This document shows positions 13,341-27,830 of a stretch of 64,000 nucleotides of DNA, one piece after another. How positions within the stretch are numbered: position 1 is the first letter of the stretch; every line of letters begins with the position of its first letter. Both the position numbers and the translations under genes were made by a program. The stretch covers positions 9,240,001 to 9,304,000 of the forward strand of contig NC_087445.1 in NCBI RefSeq assembly GCF_036321535.1, given 5' to 3'. The notes beneath the pieces were generated by a model that was not told the origin of the DNA, did not search any database, and saw only the letters and a list, made by a program, of their open reading frames with translations. The DNA comes from Camelus dromedarius. Its lineage: Eukaryota.

Positions 13341-16300
13341 CACATCCACCTAAGAGCCTTGAATGATACGTAGGCAGTACTAAGTAGCAAAGATAAAGAC
13401 AGTGAATAAATTCATTATTTATCCACCTGTATGCCACCTGAAAGCATTTGGCAGTGCTCTGCTGGGACACAGATAACTCTTGGGAAAAGACATCTTTCAC
13501 GTCTTCAAAAAGGAATTTGGAAATGAAAGCTCCCTTTATTAGAAATAGAAGGGGTTTTGAGAAAAACAAAAGAGATAATCTAATAAAAGCATAAATCTGA
13601 GAACAGTTAAGATTTAATTTAGAGTTAATCCAAAGGTCAGAGTTATTCTGGGTCAGATAAAATAGGTCTTACATGTTCTGAGATGTAAAAATAGAAGCGT
13701 TCAAAATTCTTGGGTAGTCAAAGGTATTGTGGGAATGACGGTTCTGCATATCTGGCTGTAGGCATCTGCTTAGCTGGGTAGGGATGTAAGAAAAGATTGT
13801 AGGAGCATAGATGGGACATACATATGGACAAGAGGTGAGCCCCATGAAAGCAAAAGGAAATAACAGATTTCCCTCCCACATCTTGAGCCCTTCATTTACT
13901 GCCTCTCTGATATTCCTTCTTAATATTTTCACATTCTCCTCTTCATGTACCAAAGGCATTGACACAGTAGTCAAGTGTGGCTTTGTTTGTGGTTTTGCTT
14001 GTAATAGAAATAAAGAGTATTTTTCTTAAAATCAGGGAAAAAGTAAGCAAAGGGCTTCATACGAAAAATAAAAGGCACTGTACGGCAGCCACACATAATT
14101 TCACCTGCTCATATAGTTCACCTACTTTATCACTTTTCTGTTTGTCCTTATTTGGGCCCTTTTATTTCTCCTAAGTAATAGTTTGAATCATATCAAATGG
14201 TTTTTTATGAGGAGGAAAATATTATTTTAGGTTGAATATTGACCCTTACGCTGACAATGATTCAACTTAAACTCATACGCCAAGAAGCAGTCTAGTCATT
14301 GTGACTGTTGGGGAATCTACTAGATGGGGATTCTAATATCAGTGGTAGAAATACATTTTAAATCAATGGTTTTGAGGAATAATATGCTTGAGGAATATCT
14401 ATCCATATGAAATTCAATGATTATTTGAAGAGGATTTGAAAAATAAAGATCATTGCATTATAGGTTGAGTGAATTTTTTTCCTAATGTCCTGGAATTGTG
14501 GCTAAGCCCCAAAGAGGGGAAATGATCCCCATAGTTAAAAAACAAAAAAACAATCAGCTCCCAGGATTTCACAAGTGACATTTGCTATGCCATGTCTGCT
14601 TCAACTGAACTACCCTGCAAATCTCCTTTCTGTGTTCATTGCAGACAAAGGTGGATTGAGAGATAATTAAGTGATCATCTTTGTAGTGGAGTGTTCTCTA
14701 GGGAAACAAAGGATGGTTTCCTATCCTGCAAGCCAAGGGAGGAGGAGTACTCACAAAGCTGGATGGAGTGTCTGGAAAAGGAGAGTGTTGGCATTTCTTA
14801 ACTGGATCGAGCATCAAATAAGACAATATATAACACTTATAGTTTTTGTTTGTTACCTGAACAAGTACAGGCAAATTGGAAAGAAGTGGGCTGAGAGAAG
14901 GAGCAACAGCCTGAAGTTTCATGATTTGCCTTGTCAAGAATTTGTGAAATTCCTGTAGCTTGAGTGATCACCATGAAAATTAACTAGGCTGTAGTCACTT
15001 TGTAGAGGATTTCAACCGTAAATGTGGCACAATGGACTGTCCATCATGACTGATGAAGGGAGGTGTAAGAGGTTGATTTTAAGACATCCTTCTCATAGCA
15101 GAGAATTGTGCAATGAAAAGGTCTTTCATGGCACCCTGAAGAAGCCATATATATACATATAATTATATATATATATCACCAAAGACAGTACTTGAACACC
15201 TGCACTATGTCTTCCCTGACTGTGGCCCCCATGGCGAGGAACAGTGTGTTGGAGAAATACTGACCAAAACACAAAACAAACAGGAAACAAATGTATTACT
15301 TCTTCACTCAGTTTGTTGAGAGACATTAACCCTTTCCTCCTCTTCCTCTCCGCTCAGTAGTGGAATCACTCTAGAGCCTAGAAGATGTTAGGGAATGTAT
15401 GTAAAGATAAGGACATACCCCAGCACCTACTACCAAATCCTCAGCTCATACATTAAGCCTGCACTGAGGGGAAAGATACATTTGAATTTGTCTTGAGGTT
15501 GATGGTTAAAAGTTGGCTAAATTTTAATCATTAGACTTGACCAACCAGTTACAAGACCTACTCAAGCTGTTGTTAAGAGATGGGAAAGGAGGTTTGTCAG
15601 AACACAGTTGGAGATAGTGGCTGGACAAAATAAGTCTAGTATATATTTTATACCCTAGGGTATTAAGACTCATCAAAGTCATTATATCAGTAAAAATTCA
15701 GTAACAAATAAGAGAGAACTGAGGAATGATTAGTTAATTGAATTTATGGTATTCTTTATCAGGAAACACAGCAAAACATAGAGTTGAAAGGGTTACAGAG
15801 GATTTCTGAAGCTTACATTTTCGTTGCTTGACGAGAAGGAAGTCCTCTCTGAAGAATTAACCTCCTGCTAAGTGCACTCCCCTCAGATCAAACAGACCTT
15901 CATGATAAAAGGAGTCTTTGCCTCACTTCAGCAAAACCAAACAAACCAAGATGACAGGATGACAAAGAGAAATATTTGTCTCAAGATGTATAAAGTCCTG
16001 ACCCTGCAGAGCAGCACAGATTGAAAAAGACAAAAGTTCAGTCAGTCAGCTTTGACTTTGTCCAAAAGATCACTGGAAATGATGGGATTGCTTCTTATCT
16101 TCCTTTTGCTTCTCTTAAACCACAGTGACCTCACTCATAGATTATGGAAACTATGAACCCCTAGCCATGCAAGGTGGGGTTGTGTCTGTCTGTGTGCATG
16201 TTCCTGGAGTGAAATTTTTGATATGGTGATTTTCATAAACTTTTTACCTTATGAACATTGTTTATTATTTGATTTTATTATATTAACTTGACCAGAGCTC

Positions 16301-17382
16301 ATAATGTGATTCCTTATGTTTATATCCAAAGGAACCAAGTCTCCATTATACTAAGCAAAGTTAAAACAATTTTATGCATTTTGACCTTCGGTACTTTCTA
16401 GATAATTTATAAAATTATCCAGTACAATTTTATGTATTTTGACCATAATATGAAAGGATTTTCTGTGGGAGAGACTCAAAATTCCTTCCCATGATGAGTT
16501 TAAAGATTAAGGGATATCATCTCATTAACTTAGTGTCCTTTTTTAGAAACCTTCCTTCTCCAAATACATTTTGTAATTATCCACTGTGTAATGTTTTTTC
16601 CCCTTTTACTCAGTAAACTGCATGTTTATGAAAGGTAAGAAATTTCTATTTGGCTCCTTTGTCTCCCAGTACAAAGATAGCTGTTAGCATTATTGATTAT
16701 GATCCTGTTTTCCCATTTCAATAAAATACAAGTATGTCAGTCAAGTGTTAACAATATTGAGTATGTGTTGGTATATTTATTCATCTCTAAATAAACATGA
16801 CAAGTAACTGTGAGCTCGGGAAGTCAGTGCTCTTGAAGTGTTAGCCTTCAGCATTAGGCTGACTTTTATTTTTACTTATCCATTGAAATACATCGTTCAG
16901 CAACAAGCACATTCATTCTGCTGTTGAATTTACTGTAGCATTTACTGTTCCACTGTAGCTGGTGGCCATTATTTTAATTTTAACGAGAATCTCAAATAAG
17001 CCCACTGACATTTAAAAAAAAACTGTAGATACATCTGAAATGTGAAAATTCAGGATATTTTTTGGCTTGGGAATTGAAGACCTCCAGCAGTAGTTGAAGT
17101 GTCTTACTTAGTTTTGACCTGATGGTTTTGTTTCTTATAATTCATGTTTAATTCTGGTAGAAGTATCTTAAACAGCTCTTCAAAAAAGGTCATTGAAAAT
17201 ATTCCAGGGATTTAAAGGATTCAATGGATTTTTTTGAGAGGATTCATATTTAACCTTTAAAATAGGTAGTAGTATAAATCTGCAAACAACACATAGGAAC
17301 AGCTTATAATTGATCCTTTCAATTTTTTAATCAAATAATAGTAAAAAAAAAATGACTACATATACAGAGACAGATTTAGATT

Positions 17383-17460
17383 GTACATATGTATATGTGT
17401 GCATGTACATATATAGAATGTATGTAACTATACATGTATATGTAATATATACAAATATAT
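17383..17460. repeat. Degenerate TA/TG low-complexity tract
   Basis: gtacatatgtatatgtgtgcatgtacatatata..tacatgtatatgtaatatatac. Confidence 0.8.
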
Positions 17461-20400
17461 TTAAAATGAAATGTGAAAATTTTTAATCTTGTAATAGTTG
17501 TGAATAATTTTCTCTAATCATTTTTGAGTTGAACATATTACTTTACTCAAGGGTATAGATTATTTTTCATGAATATCTTATCTAGCCATCACTCTTGAGC
17601 AGAGAGTTACATTAAGAAATTTAATTAACAGAAGATTTCATATAAGAGACTTTAAGCTGAAAATTCTCTTTTGTCATAAAACCCAATTCACTGTTTAAAA
17701 TGATTCTCTTATTATGAGGAGTTAGGCAGTTACCTTCCAGTTTCTAGGCTCACAGTGCCTACAGAGCTGGTGGCTATGATGGGCCATAATGTCATCTGCA
17801 GTGGGTTATTAAAAACAGGTTCAAAAATGAATCAATACAATGACATACTATAATTGAGAATTCTATTCAAAAGAAGATAAAGCATATTGTAAAATCTCAT
17901 GTTCTTGCTCCTGAAGATGTTGAGTTTCTCTGGTCCTGGCAATCCAGGTGAGAGAGGAGACTTTCCAAAGCCATGATGGTCTGTGCCATTGATACTGGAG
18001 GCTTTGCGGTAGGGATTTATTTTCTGTATTACTGTATTCCTGTTTCCCACCGATAAACAGCCCGGCCTCCCCCACCACACACACATACACACACACACCT
18101 GTGGGTTAAGGAAACATATTGAATTCCAGACATTAAGGCATTGGTGCAGTAAAGGAGGCTGAGTTTGGATGTGTCTTGAATAAGAGCCCAACATGATCAA
18201 GAAGTTTCGATTTGTCAGGAAGCTTCAAGGAGTTCCCTCATCAATGTGGAAAGTGGAGTAGAGAGAAAAGGGGAGAGGGCTGAGACCGCATTCTTCTCCA
18301 GGTCACAATAGAGGACCTTGTTTCCTCATTTTAATAATAGAATCATCTGTTAAATACTTAAATTTTCTTTGGAATTCATAACACTTCCTTCATTCGGGAG
18401 AAGAGAAGTCGTTATCATTTCTCTCAGTAAGCTGATTCATGAAGTATATGTGCATTATAATAGGCAAACAGGTGGCATATGATGGTTAAATATGGCATTT
18501 GAATGTTGTATCTGTATCTTCTAACATTGTTGCTTCTGTTACATTTTGGTGTTTGTAGAACCTAAAGATGTTACAATCTCTGGAAATATTTTTTGCTATC
18601 ATCCCCTTTTCTCAATTGCTCTGACATCTACTGGACACATGGAGTCTTAGCTTATAGAAAAATAAAAGTCTTGTTTCCATTAGTGCTATTTCATTTTTCT
18701 TCTAGATGCCCATACCTTGGCCCTTGACTTTTGTTTTTTTTTGGCAGAAATAATGTTTCTTTTAAGACCTTGGGAGGTCAGTGTGTAGAATTCATCTCCT
18801 TAGTGCTTCATTTTATCAATCTTATCTAACCTGAGAAATCGTAGCCATGACAGAAAGTCTCACCTAATTTTTGGTCTACCTGGAAGTTACTTGAAAATCT
18901 AACTCCTGAGTTATTTACCTTAAAAAGGCAAGTTCACATCAAACAATTTGTGTATTTCTGTGGACACAGATAATTTAAACTTAGCCGGTGATCACTATCT
19001 GATGGTAGGAAAAAAAAAAACTTTGATAAAGCATCTTTCTGAATGAGTCAACACTAAAGATAAATATCTCTTTACAACTTTATATTTAAAATATCTCTTC
19101 ACAGAGAACTGTGTCCCACAGGGAAAATCAAGAAGATGAGTGTAGCACTGCTTTGGCATTGAGTTAAGAACTGTTGGAAAGAGAGAAAACCAGAAAAATT
19201 AAAGTTTTTTTTTAAAGTGTCCACAAATGTATCTAACTATTAAGCATTTAAATTCAAAGAATAAATCTGAAATAACAAGAACTAGAAAATAATTCAGGTT
19301 GTAGGAAGAAGTGATTGTAATGAGTACAATTAAGAACAGAAACAATGAAATGGACTATAAAGAATTAAAATAATAAGCAATATAAAACTACAAAAAACAG
19401 CCATTAAAAGACTATGCTGATATAGTAAGAGTATGATTTCACAGTACATGTAAATTACATAGGCATGTAATTAATAAGGTCACAGTCTAGTGAGTTTGTT
19501 CAAGCCTTTTTAAGGGGTTACCTTAAAAAGTTTTATTTATTAAACTGGCCAACTTGACAATGGCTCGTGGTTTGAGAGACTCTACTCAGCTACTCTTACA
19601 TTGATTTTTCACACTCAAATCGTACCAAAGAAATGCCACTCTTGTTATCTTCACTTGGATCCTCTCTTTGTGAATTTTCTGTTTGTTTGCCTTTGATTTC
19701 TTAAATTTGCCTTTAGGATAGTTGAAAAGAGTGCTAAAATAAGTTTGAAAAATCTGCATGTTTTCCATTCAAATGTGTTCCTGGTTATATGCTGTAAGTG
19801 GAATTTGAGATATTGTAGGATTAGCTAGAGAAAAAGAGCGATCGTTTGAAAATGCCTGTCTGGTCAGGCTACAGTTAGGATCAAGCCATAGACCTGAGCA
19901 ATAGCAACAAAGCCCACAGCTGCAGACTGGCATGCTTGCAGGTATGATTCCATGCTGTAGAATTCTCTATTTTCTCTTAAGCGTGGGGAGTGATGACAAG
20001 TGTTAGTATACTGTTAACAACTCTAACCAGATGTGTTCTCCTAGTGTGTCTTTGTCCCTCTTGGGGCTAATAAGACACACTGTGCAAGAGTCACCTCTCT
20101 GCCTCCTACTAAGTCAGGTAATCTCCAGTGTCCCTTCTCCCAAATCCATCTGTTCTGCCACAGAATGCCTCTTAATGTCAAAAGGGAGGGCATGCTTCTT
20201 TGGCTTCATCTATGTAACCATTATAATTTTGAAATACACTTTTCTCAATCTCTCTTCAGTCTTCACATGTTCAGTATAAGTTTTCTAATCAGTATTTCTC
20301 CCTTCTCATCTTTTTTCCATTTTTTTTTTTCTGTTAGTAACATTAAACAATTAGAACTTTGACAAGCTGGAAAATTAACAATGTTTTATGATGAATAATA

Positions 20401-21008
20401 CTTTTATTACATCTCTTCAGACCTTAATGATTTCATAACAATTCCAAGTTTATATTCAAGGGTAACTTTCTTAACTTAGAATTTAATTAAGAGGACAAAA
20501 TCCTAAGAACTCTTTGAATTATTTATTCTAGGAGAGGGTACAATTGATTCCTCTAGTTTATGTACAAAATAACATAAAAGGCAGGAAATGGGGTAAGACT
20601 GCTGATGTGAAAAGAGGATATGTAGAGACAATCTAGTCAACCCAGACACCAGCGAACTAATTTAAAGCAGTCATTAGACTGTATCATATGATAATATAAA
20701 TCCTTCATATTTTTGTCAAGGCAAAATTAAGGGGAAAAAATGATTCTCAGAAAATAAGTTATTTAAGAGAGGGAAAAATATTTCCCATTAGTAATTATGA
20801 GAAAAACGTCATCACAATAGTCTTATGAAAGGCATATGGTACAATAATGAACAATTACTTCAACAACAGTTTGGCACAGTTTTTATTTTGCTCTTATTCC
20901 TGGACTGGCCCTCAAGAAATACTGGATGTATTGAGGGCTCTGTTGCTCCTTCTCATTCACATGTTCTGTATTAGCCACGGACTAATTCTTAGAGCCCTGA
21001 GCTGTGAC

Positions 21009-21235
21009 CGGGGATATTCAGCCTCGGCATTGTCGGCGCTTTGGGCTGGGTAAGGCTTTGTTGTGGGCGTGTTCCTGTGCACTGTAGGGCGCTCAGCAGC
21101 TTCCCTGGCTTCGACTCACTTCATGTAGATGCTGGTTGCATGCCCTGCCCCCTGTCTTGGCATTGTCTTGAATGTCCTTGTCCAGACATTGTCAAGTGTC
21201 CCAAGGTAGAATTTACTCATAGTTAAAAACCACTG
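21009..21235 (-). mobile_element. MER20 (hAT-Charlie MITE)
   Basis: Matches the reverse complement of the recalled MER20 consensus (cctcggca..., ctttgttgtggg..cctgtgcactgtagg, ccagacattgtcaagtgtccc) and ends in aaccactg. Confidence 0.88.
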
Positions 21236-23499
21236 CTTTTGGCTATTGTCTCAATCACAGACTCAGCCCCTCCCACCGTGTGGATGCGTTTAACACAGAA
21301 CCCTCTATCGTTTGCATATTCATACCCAACACAGTCTGGGATCCTTGAAACATGTGGAGATCGTTGGCTAACACTGAAGCTTCTATTTAGAAGACTGATA
21401 ATTTCTAAACATCTGCCTTCTACTAGCATTTTATCCAAATAGGATCAGAAAGGGGGAGTCATTTGACAAATGAAGTGTAATGATAGATTTTAAAGCATGG
21501 GACTCCCCCCACCCCAATGTCCATTGTTCTTTTTTCTAGGTTACTGTAATAATTTAAAGGTAAATGTTCACCCAAATAGGTAAGTTGCTAAACATCCAAA
21601 TGCACTGCAGTCATCAATGTCATTTTAATGACAGCGTTCATGTGAGGTTTTCTTGCATTTGAAACATTTTTCAGGATCAGTCATTAAACTCATCTCCAAA
21701 AGTACGCATTTCGTTGCTTACTACAACAAAACTCAAAAATCAGTATCTCGCTGCACTTTGCCATTGCTCTTTAACTTTAAATAAATAATTCCTTTCGCGA
21801 TTTTATTCTTCAATCTCCAGATGTGAAATAAGGTTTCAATATTTGCTTCTCACCTGAAGGAAGTACTTTGAGAATTCTGAAAATGACTCAAAATGCCTTA
21901 CAATACTCTAGGCTGCAAGACCAGACCATAAGAGTGAGTTGTACCTTACCAGATGGCAACTATTTAATTCGGAGAAAAGTGTGAGCAACGTGCAGTTGCT
22001 GGTAGCATGTGATTACTTTAGAGAAGTGTCAATTCTCTAGTCTTGTGGCAAAACACTCAGTGTGCTGAGTTTGCTCTCAATTTTTTCTCAGCGTATACAT
22101 GGTGCCTTATAATGGTACCCACACATTATACTATTTCCCAGTTCACTTGGCTGTGTATGTTTCTCTTACATTTAATTTCCGTTGTATTACCTTATATCAC
22201 AATTGGTGATCATCGGCAAAAGAAAATCATTGTACTATCTTAGTTTATCGCACTGCCATTCCACGTATCTTTGAGTTAGTGAAATTTCTTTTCTGGTTCA
22301 GTCATCCAGCAAACTTACTGAGCCAATACTCTGGAGTAAGATTTTTGCAGTGAAAAAATATATAGACAAGACCTCTAACCTAAAATTATTAAACATTTCA
22401 AAATACAGAGAAGCCCATGTATTTACATATGTTTCAATCACAGAAGCATGTGTTTTAAGTAATAATTGTGAAAAAGTTTGGACAAATGATACAATTTATA
22501 TTGAAAGACACTTGGAAACTCAGCTCTGAAACTTTCTTTCACTATTAATGTGTTTAGCATTCCCTGAGAGATGATCAAGAGGATATTAACATTGCTATTT
22601 TTAAGACACTGATTTCATTATAAGACAAGGAATTTTTGCATGTATTCAAACCCTGCTTATTAACGTTATTTTCCTTCGTACACTTTTAATATGTAAATTG
22701 CCCTAGCCTTACTCAAAGCATTTTAAGCTAAAATGCAGTTTGAGTTTCATTCATTTAGTTTCATAAATAAAATCTATCCACTCAAAAAGTGAATTTGGGC
22801 AATTTTCATAAGTATATATTATTAAATATTTAGCCAGAGTTAATTTGATAAAAAATTGATCTTCTCTCTCACCGTTTTTAATAGTGCTCCCATCTGGAAT
22901 TTGATCACTTCAATAGTTTTTCTTCTCCTTTAAGATGAAGAAGGCATATATGCAGAAATGAAAGTAAAATAATAGACTCTCCCTTCTTTAAGCAACTGCC
23001 TGTCCCTTTGCATACCTGCATACCTGCATACCCACTTCTGTTGATATAAAGTATGTCACGAGGAGTTGCTAATTTTGACATAACATATTGAACAGATAAA
23101 AGAGAGAGCCAGGACAAGGGGGTGGGGAGGGGTGGGAAGGGACAGACTGGGATTTCAAAAATATTTTTTTTCCACTAACACAGTTGATATCCCATGATGG
23201 AAATTATTTGCTTAATGACAGATTATATTTAAAGCACAAATTTGCTCATTAATCCAGATATCTCTGCATCTAACAGTATTTATATCGTATATGTATATAC
23301 TTACAGTATTTATACAGAAGTAGGCAATTAATTTTGAAAATAACCGACTTCCCACTTAAAGTTATGCAAACCTGGAAATTAGTGATTTGGTAAAAATTTA
23401 CATCACTTGATAATATTTTTAAAAAAATCACATCCTCACTATGTGTAAGATTTCTTTGTACAGTCTCTAGTATGTGTCTTCTCCATCTCCAGCTTCTCT

Positions 23500-24122
23500 C
23501 ATTCCCAAAATGCTTTATCCCCAACAAGTGTAATTTTGGATTATTGTGATAATCTTTAATTGCCTAATGGGTCTCCTTCCCTGGAATCTCACACTCTTCA
23601 AATTTACCCCTGATCTTTTATCCATAGTCATCTAGATAAAATCCACTTTTAGCCATGCACCCCCACCCCACATTAGTAATTCAGAAGCTCTGCATTTTCT
23701 ATGGGATGATGAGGTGTCTAAATTGCCTAGAGTAACATGCCAAGGATCCTGTACGTCTCGCCACCTCTCCAACATCACTCCTTTTCCACACTCCTTCCAT
23801 ACCTCATGGCATCTGCTCTTAACTGAATTCCCTTTTCTTTTTGCCCAACTGGACAGCATCTGCTAAGTCACAGAATTCCATTCAAGCTGACTTTTCCATA
23901 AGATGTTTTCTGACCCATTTCATCCCTTTAAATTCAATCACCAACTTCTTTGTGATTCCACTGTACTGTGTATGCATGTCTGTGATGTTTTACTTACACT
24001 TTTATTTCATACAGGTATCTGAGGATCAGTGGGGATATTTACATTTGCAATTTCCAACACCTAAAAAAGTACCTGATAAAAAGTAAACATGAAATAAATT
24101 CTCTCTGACAAATGAATTAACA
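23500..24122 (+). mobile_element. L2 3' fragment
   Basis: attgcctaatgggtctcc..., terminating in ataaattctctctgacaaatgaattaa. Confidence 0.5.
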
Positions 24123-25019
24123 AGTTACCATAGATGAATAATAAGGCTTTCCTAGTTCTAAAAATGCTGTGACTTTAGGTATTTGGACTCTAAGACCATC
24201 ATTGATACAGCAGCTAAATTAACTACCTCACTGGCCTCTTCAGATTTTATTCTTCTTCCCACTCCAAGTTCACTGTTCCCAGCCTATTTAGGGCATTAAT
24301 TTAAAGCAGTGGAATCCCAAGTTGATCTTTGCAAGGTCTTTTGAGTAAGTCCGTACTGTATAGTGCATGAGAAGACATCTGTCCTTTATTCTAAACCTGG
24401 ATATCATATTTCTTCATGTACCAAATGACTGATGAAGCTAAAAAAGTGAAACCTTAGAGTAAACCCATCAAGAGGAGAGAGGTGCTTTGCTCTTTTCTAG
24501 CAGATAATCTGAGCTATCTATCAAAATGTCAGGCCATGCTATAGACGTTTACTATAATACCTTGAATGTTGCAGAATGTTATGCATCACATTTAAAAAAA
24601 AATGTTTTCTGGGGTAAAGGAGTTTCTTTTCCATTTCTCTTGGAGAGTTTTTTCAATTAGCTTTAAAATACAAGATAAATGAAAACTTTGAAGCCAATAT
24701 TACTAGATGTTTGCAAAGAATATCTAAAAATGCTAATAGGAAGGTTGGAATATTTTATTTCCTTTTCTGATTATGAAATGAAGGTAAATTTTACCGTAGA
24801 TGGCTCAGCTCTTCGTTTCATATGTGGTCTCTTCTTTTCCCACCCAACTTGCCCTCTCCCCATTTTCCAATGCTCATTTTCTCTTACTTTGTCTTCTTTT
24901 GCTTTGCTTTTCCTTTTCTGCACTGTTTATGTCCCTCTCCTTGCTCTTCATTCTAGTTTTCACTGATATTTAATTGCCCCTTTTCCTTATATTTGCAAGA
25001 GTAGATTGCAAGGACTCTG

Positions 25020-26120
25020 ATGATTAGATTATTTTACATATAAATTTAAGCAATATTTTTAAGCCACTTATATTTAATATAATTACTAACATACTTAAGT
25101 TTAAATCTACCTGCTTGCTCTTTGTTTTAAATTTGCTCAATGTGTACTATATTATTTTTACTTCTTTAAGTTATTTTGATTATTTTTCTCCTCTATTAAC
25201 TTCCTCGTATTCATTTTTTTACAATTTTATACCAACATCATAGAAATTACAACATGCCTCATCAACTAAAGTCTATTATGAATTATTATTTTTATACATT
25301 TCTTAATATTTCAAATTTATTTAATGCCTCTTGCCTTTAACTTACTACTGCCACGTATTTTAACTGTATTTATATTTCAAATCCACATGCTGTTATTATT
25401 ATCAGTGTGTGAATTAGTGTGTATTCATTTTGATTTCTTCAGATATTTAATCTTTGTTTTGCTTATCATTCATCATATATCAGCATGCATCCATCTTGGA
25501 TTATTTTCCTTCTGACTAAAAATCACTGTAGCATTTTCTTTGGTTTTGTCCTATGGATAATGAATTCTCTCAGTCGTCGTTTGTCTAAAAATATCATTGC
25601 TTGGTGCCCAATTTAAAATAATATTTTCAGATAATACTTTCACTTGGTGTACATTTAGATGTCGACAGTGATTTTGTAGCATTTTTTCCGGGGGTTGCTC
25701 CAGTTTCAGTTTCTCTAACCCCTTGCGTTTTAGCCCCCTAGAGGTTTAAGCTGAACACCTGAGGTCTTTACCAGCAGCCCTCTTCCTCAGAGGACCCTGA
25801 AATCAAAATACTCTCCCGGGTCTGTGAGGCCATCGAAAGTTCTGGTTACGTCCTTAATTTTCAAGCTTCTACTTTTTTTTGCAACGTCTAAGTTTCTCAA
25901 TTTCTCAAGAGTGAAAGCTATACCAAGTGCTGGATTCTCTTTTCGGGGCCTCCCTTGTTTCTGGGATCTTGGTCCTCCAACTCCTTTCTTGGTGCCTCCC
26001 AGCATCTTCAAATAGTTGTTTTAAATTTTTTTCTTATTTTAATCTTTTTTTCAAAGTTTTTTCTGGTTGAATTTTACCAAAGAGTTACTCTGAAATAAGC
26101 TATTCCACTGTCATCAGTCA
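25020..26120 (-). mobile_element. Degraded old L1M internal fragment
   Basis: T-rich antisense L1-like tract, e.g. ggataatgaattctctcag..tttgtctaaaaat. Boundaries are vague. Confidence 0.5.
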
Positions 26121-27289
26121 CACCAGATGACAGCAGAAATCTTCTCAAACATCTTTTTTGTAGTTAGCTTTTATTTACTCTACTCAAAGATTTTTCCCTT
26201 TTTTTCTTTAATGTGTAGCCGTGACTCTCATCATCTCTATTGGTATATGAGATACAATACCTTCAAGTCTACTGAGTCCATCTCCCAATCTTCATCTTTT
26301 AAATAATAAAATTAATGTCATACTTGTATAATTTTCACATGCATTAAAAATGGCGTTTCACTCACCCAGTTTTTTACATGCCATTGAAACCCTTATCTTT
26401 CTTTTTGCTTAAACAGATATTGCAGATACATTTTAGAATGACATTTGGAACAATTATTGTGAGATTAATATGATTTATGCCCTTTAATTTCTCATAAACT
26501 CTTTACCTGCTTTCCTCTTTACCATCGATGCATACCTAAGTACTAATTGTGCCCCCAAGCTTGCAAAGATGATAAATATGTAAAGTTATGATGAAGAAAG
26601 ATGCCCTATTGATAATTAAATTTAATACTATTTTTTCTGAGTCTTGAAAGAGGAAACCATAAATCCATACTTTTTCAGGCTGACTATTCTGTACTAGTTA
26701 GATATTGTGCAAAGCACAGGAATTAAAAAAAAAAAAAGATATATAGTGAATATTCCTTCCGGTTATATAACATGCTATTTTTCCATTTCTTACATTAAGG
26801 TCTCTTTGAGAAGGTAATATACTGTTTTCAACTCAGGGAGGAATTAATGAGTCTACAAATCACCGTGCGACATGCTGTAGAAATAATGAGACAATTACCA
26901 CTACACTTGCCCTCTTGGAAACTGTAATCAGGGCTGCATGGGAGGTACCATCTATGTCACATTTTGATTTCTTAAGAGATGAAATCAAAATTAAATGCAG
27001 TTTAGTAGGATCATATTCTTAAAACTGAGTACATTATTTAATCAAATTATTTCATCAAAGGGCTTTTCCAAATCAAATAAAATTTAGAGATCAAATAGCC
27101 AATCTTTTTATTATAATAGATATCTAACTAGGAGGTAAGGCTGGATATGCCACAGACGACATAAAGGTGTTGGTACAATTCTATTGAACATTTATTTTAA
27201 GCTGTGAGAATCCCATCTTGGGTCTCATGAGTCGCTTTCATTGTTCGCTACAACGTGCTCTACAAAACAAAACAAAAGCAATCAATTAT

Positions 27290-27830
27290 CACATCAGTTC
27301 CACTTCTATAAATGTATCCTGATACACTAGCATATAAAGGCAAAAATGTATGCACAAGATATTATTTCGGCCTTGTAATTGGTAGACCTTAAAACAACCG
27401 GAATGTCCATCAGCATTAGTCATTAGAACAAAGCCACATAAGTTACTAGAGAAACCCTAAAATGAAATAGCCTTCAGGTATCAAAAAGGATGAGGCAAAA
27501 CTGAAAGTACCATTTGAAAAAGAAATGTGAGTTAAGCTTGAGTGGGCAAAAAGCCAATTAAATGATAATGTGTGAAAAGTTCTCTCATTTGTGCAAAAAT
27601 ATATGAATAAACGCACTGTACATGTGCATGTGCACACACTTCTGTGTGTGTATCATAGACAGACGTGCACACTGTGGAACAATGTGTGGAACTTTGAATG
27701 GTATTTCGGTCATACTGGTAATATCTGTAAAGTGGGAGTTCGTTCTGGAATAGATGGAGGAATTATTTTTCTGTGTATATACTTTGTACTGTTTAAATTA
27801 TTTCTGTGTATTTTTAAAATAAACAACTTT
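27290..27830 (+). mobile_element. L1ME-like 3' region
   Basis: ccacttctataaatgtatcct, tgcacaagatatt, aaacaaccggaatgtccatcag; ends in a ..tttttaaaataaa tail. Confidence 0.55.

Noticed and set aside
23009..23032. (TGCATACC)3 and similar tiny tandem duplications (e.g. ~5956-5985)
   Set aside because: Ordinary slippage products.
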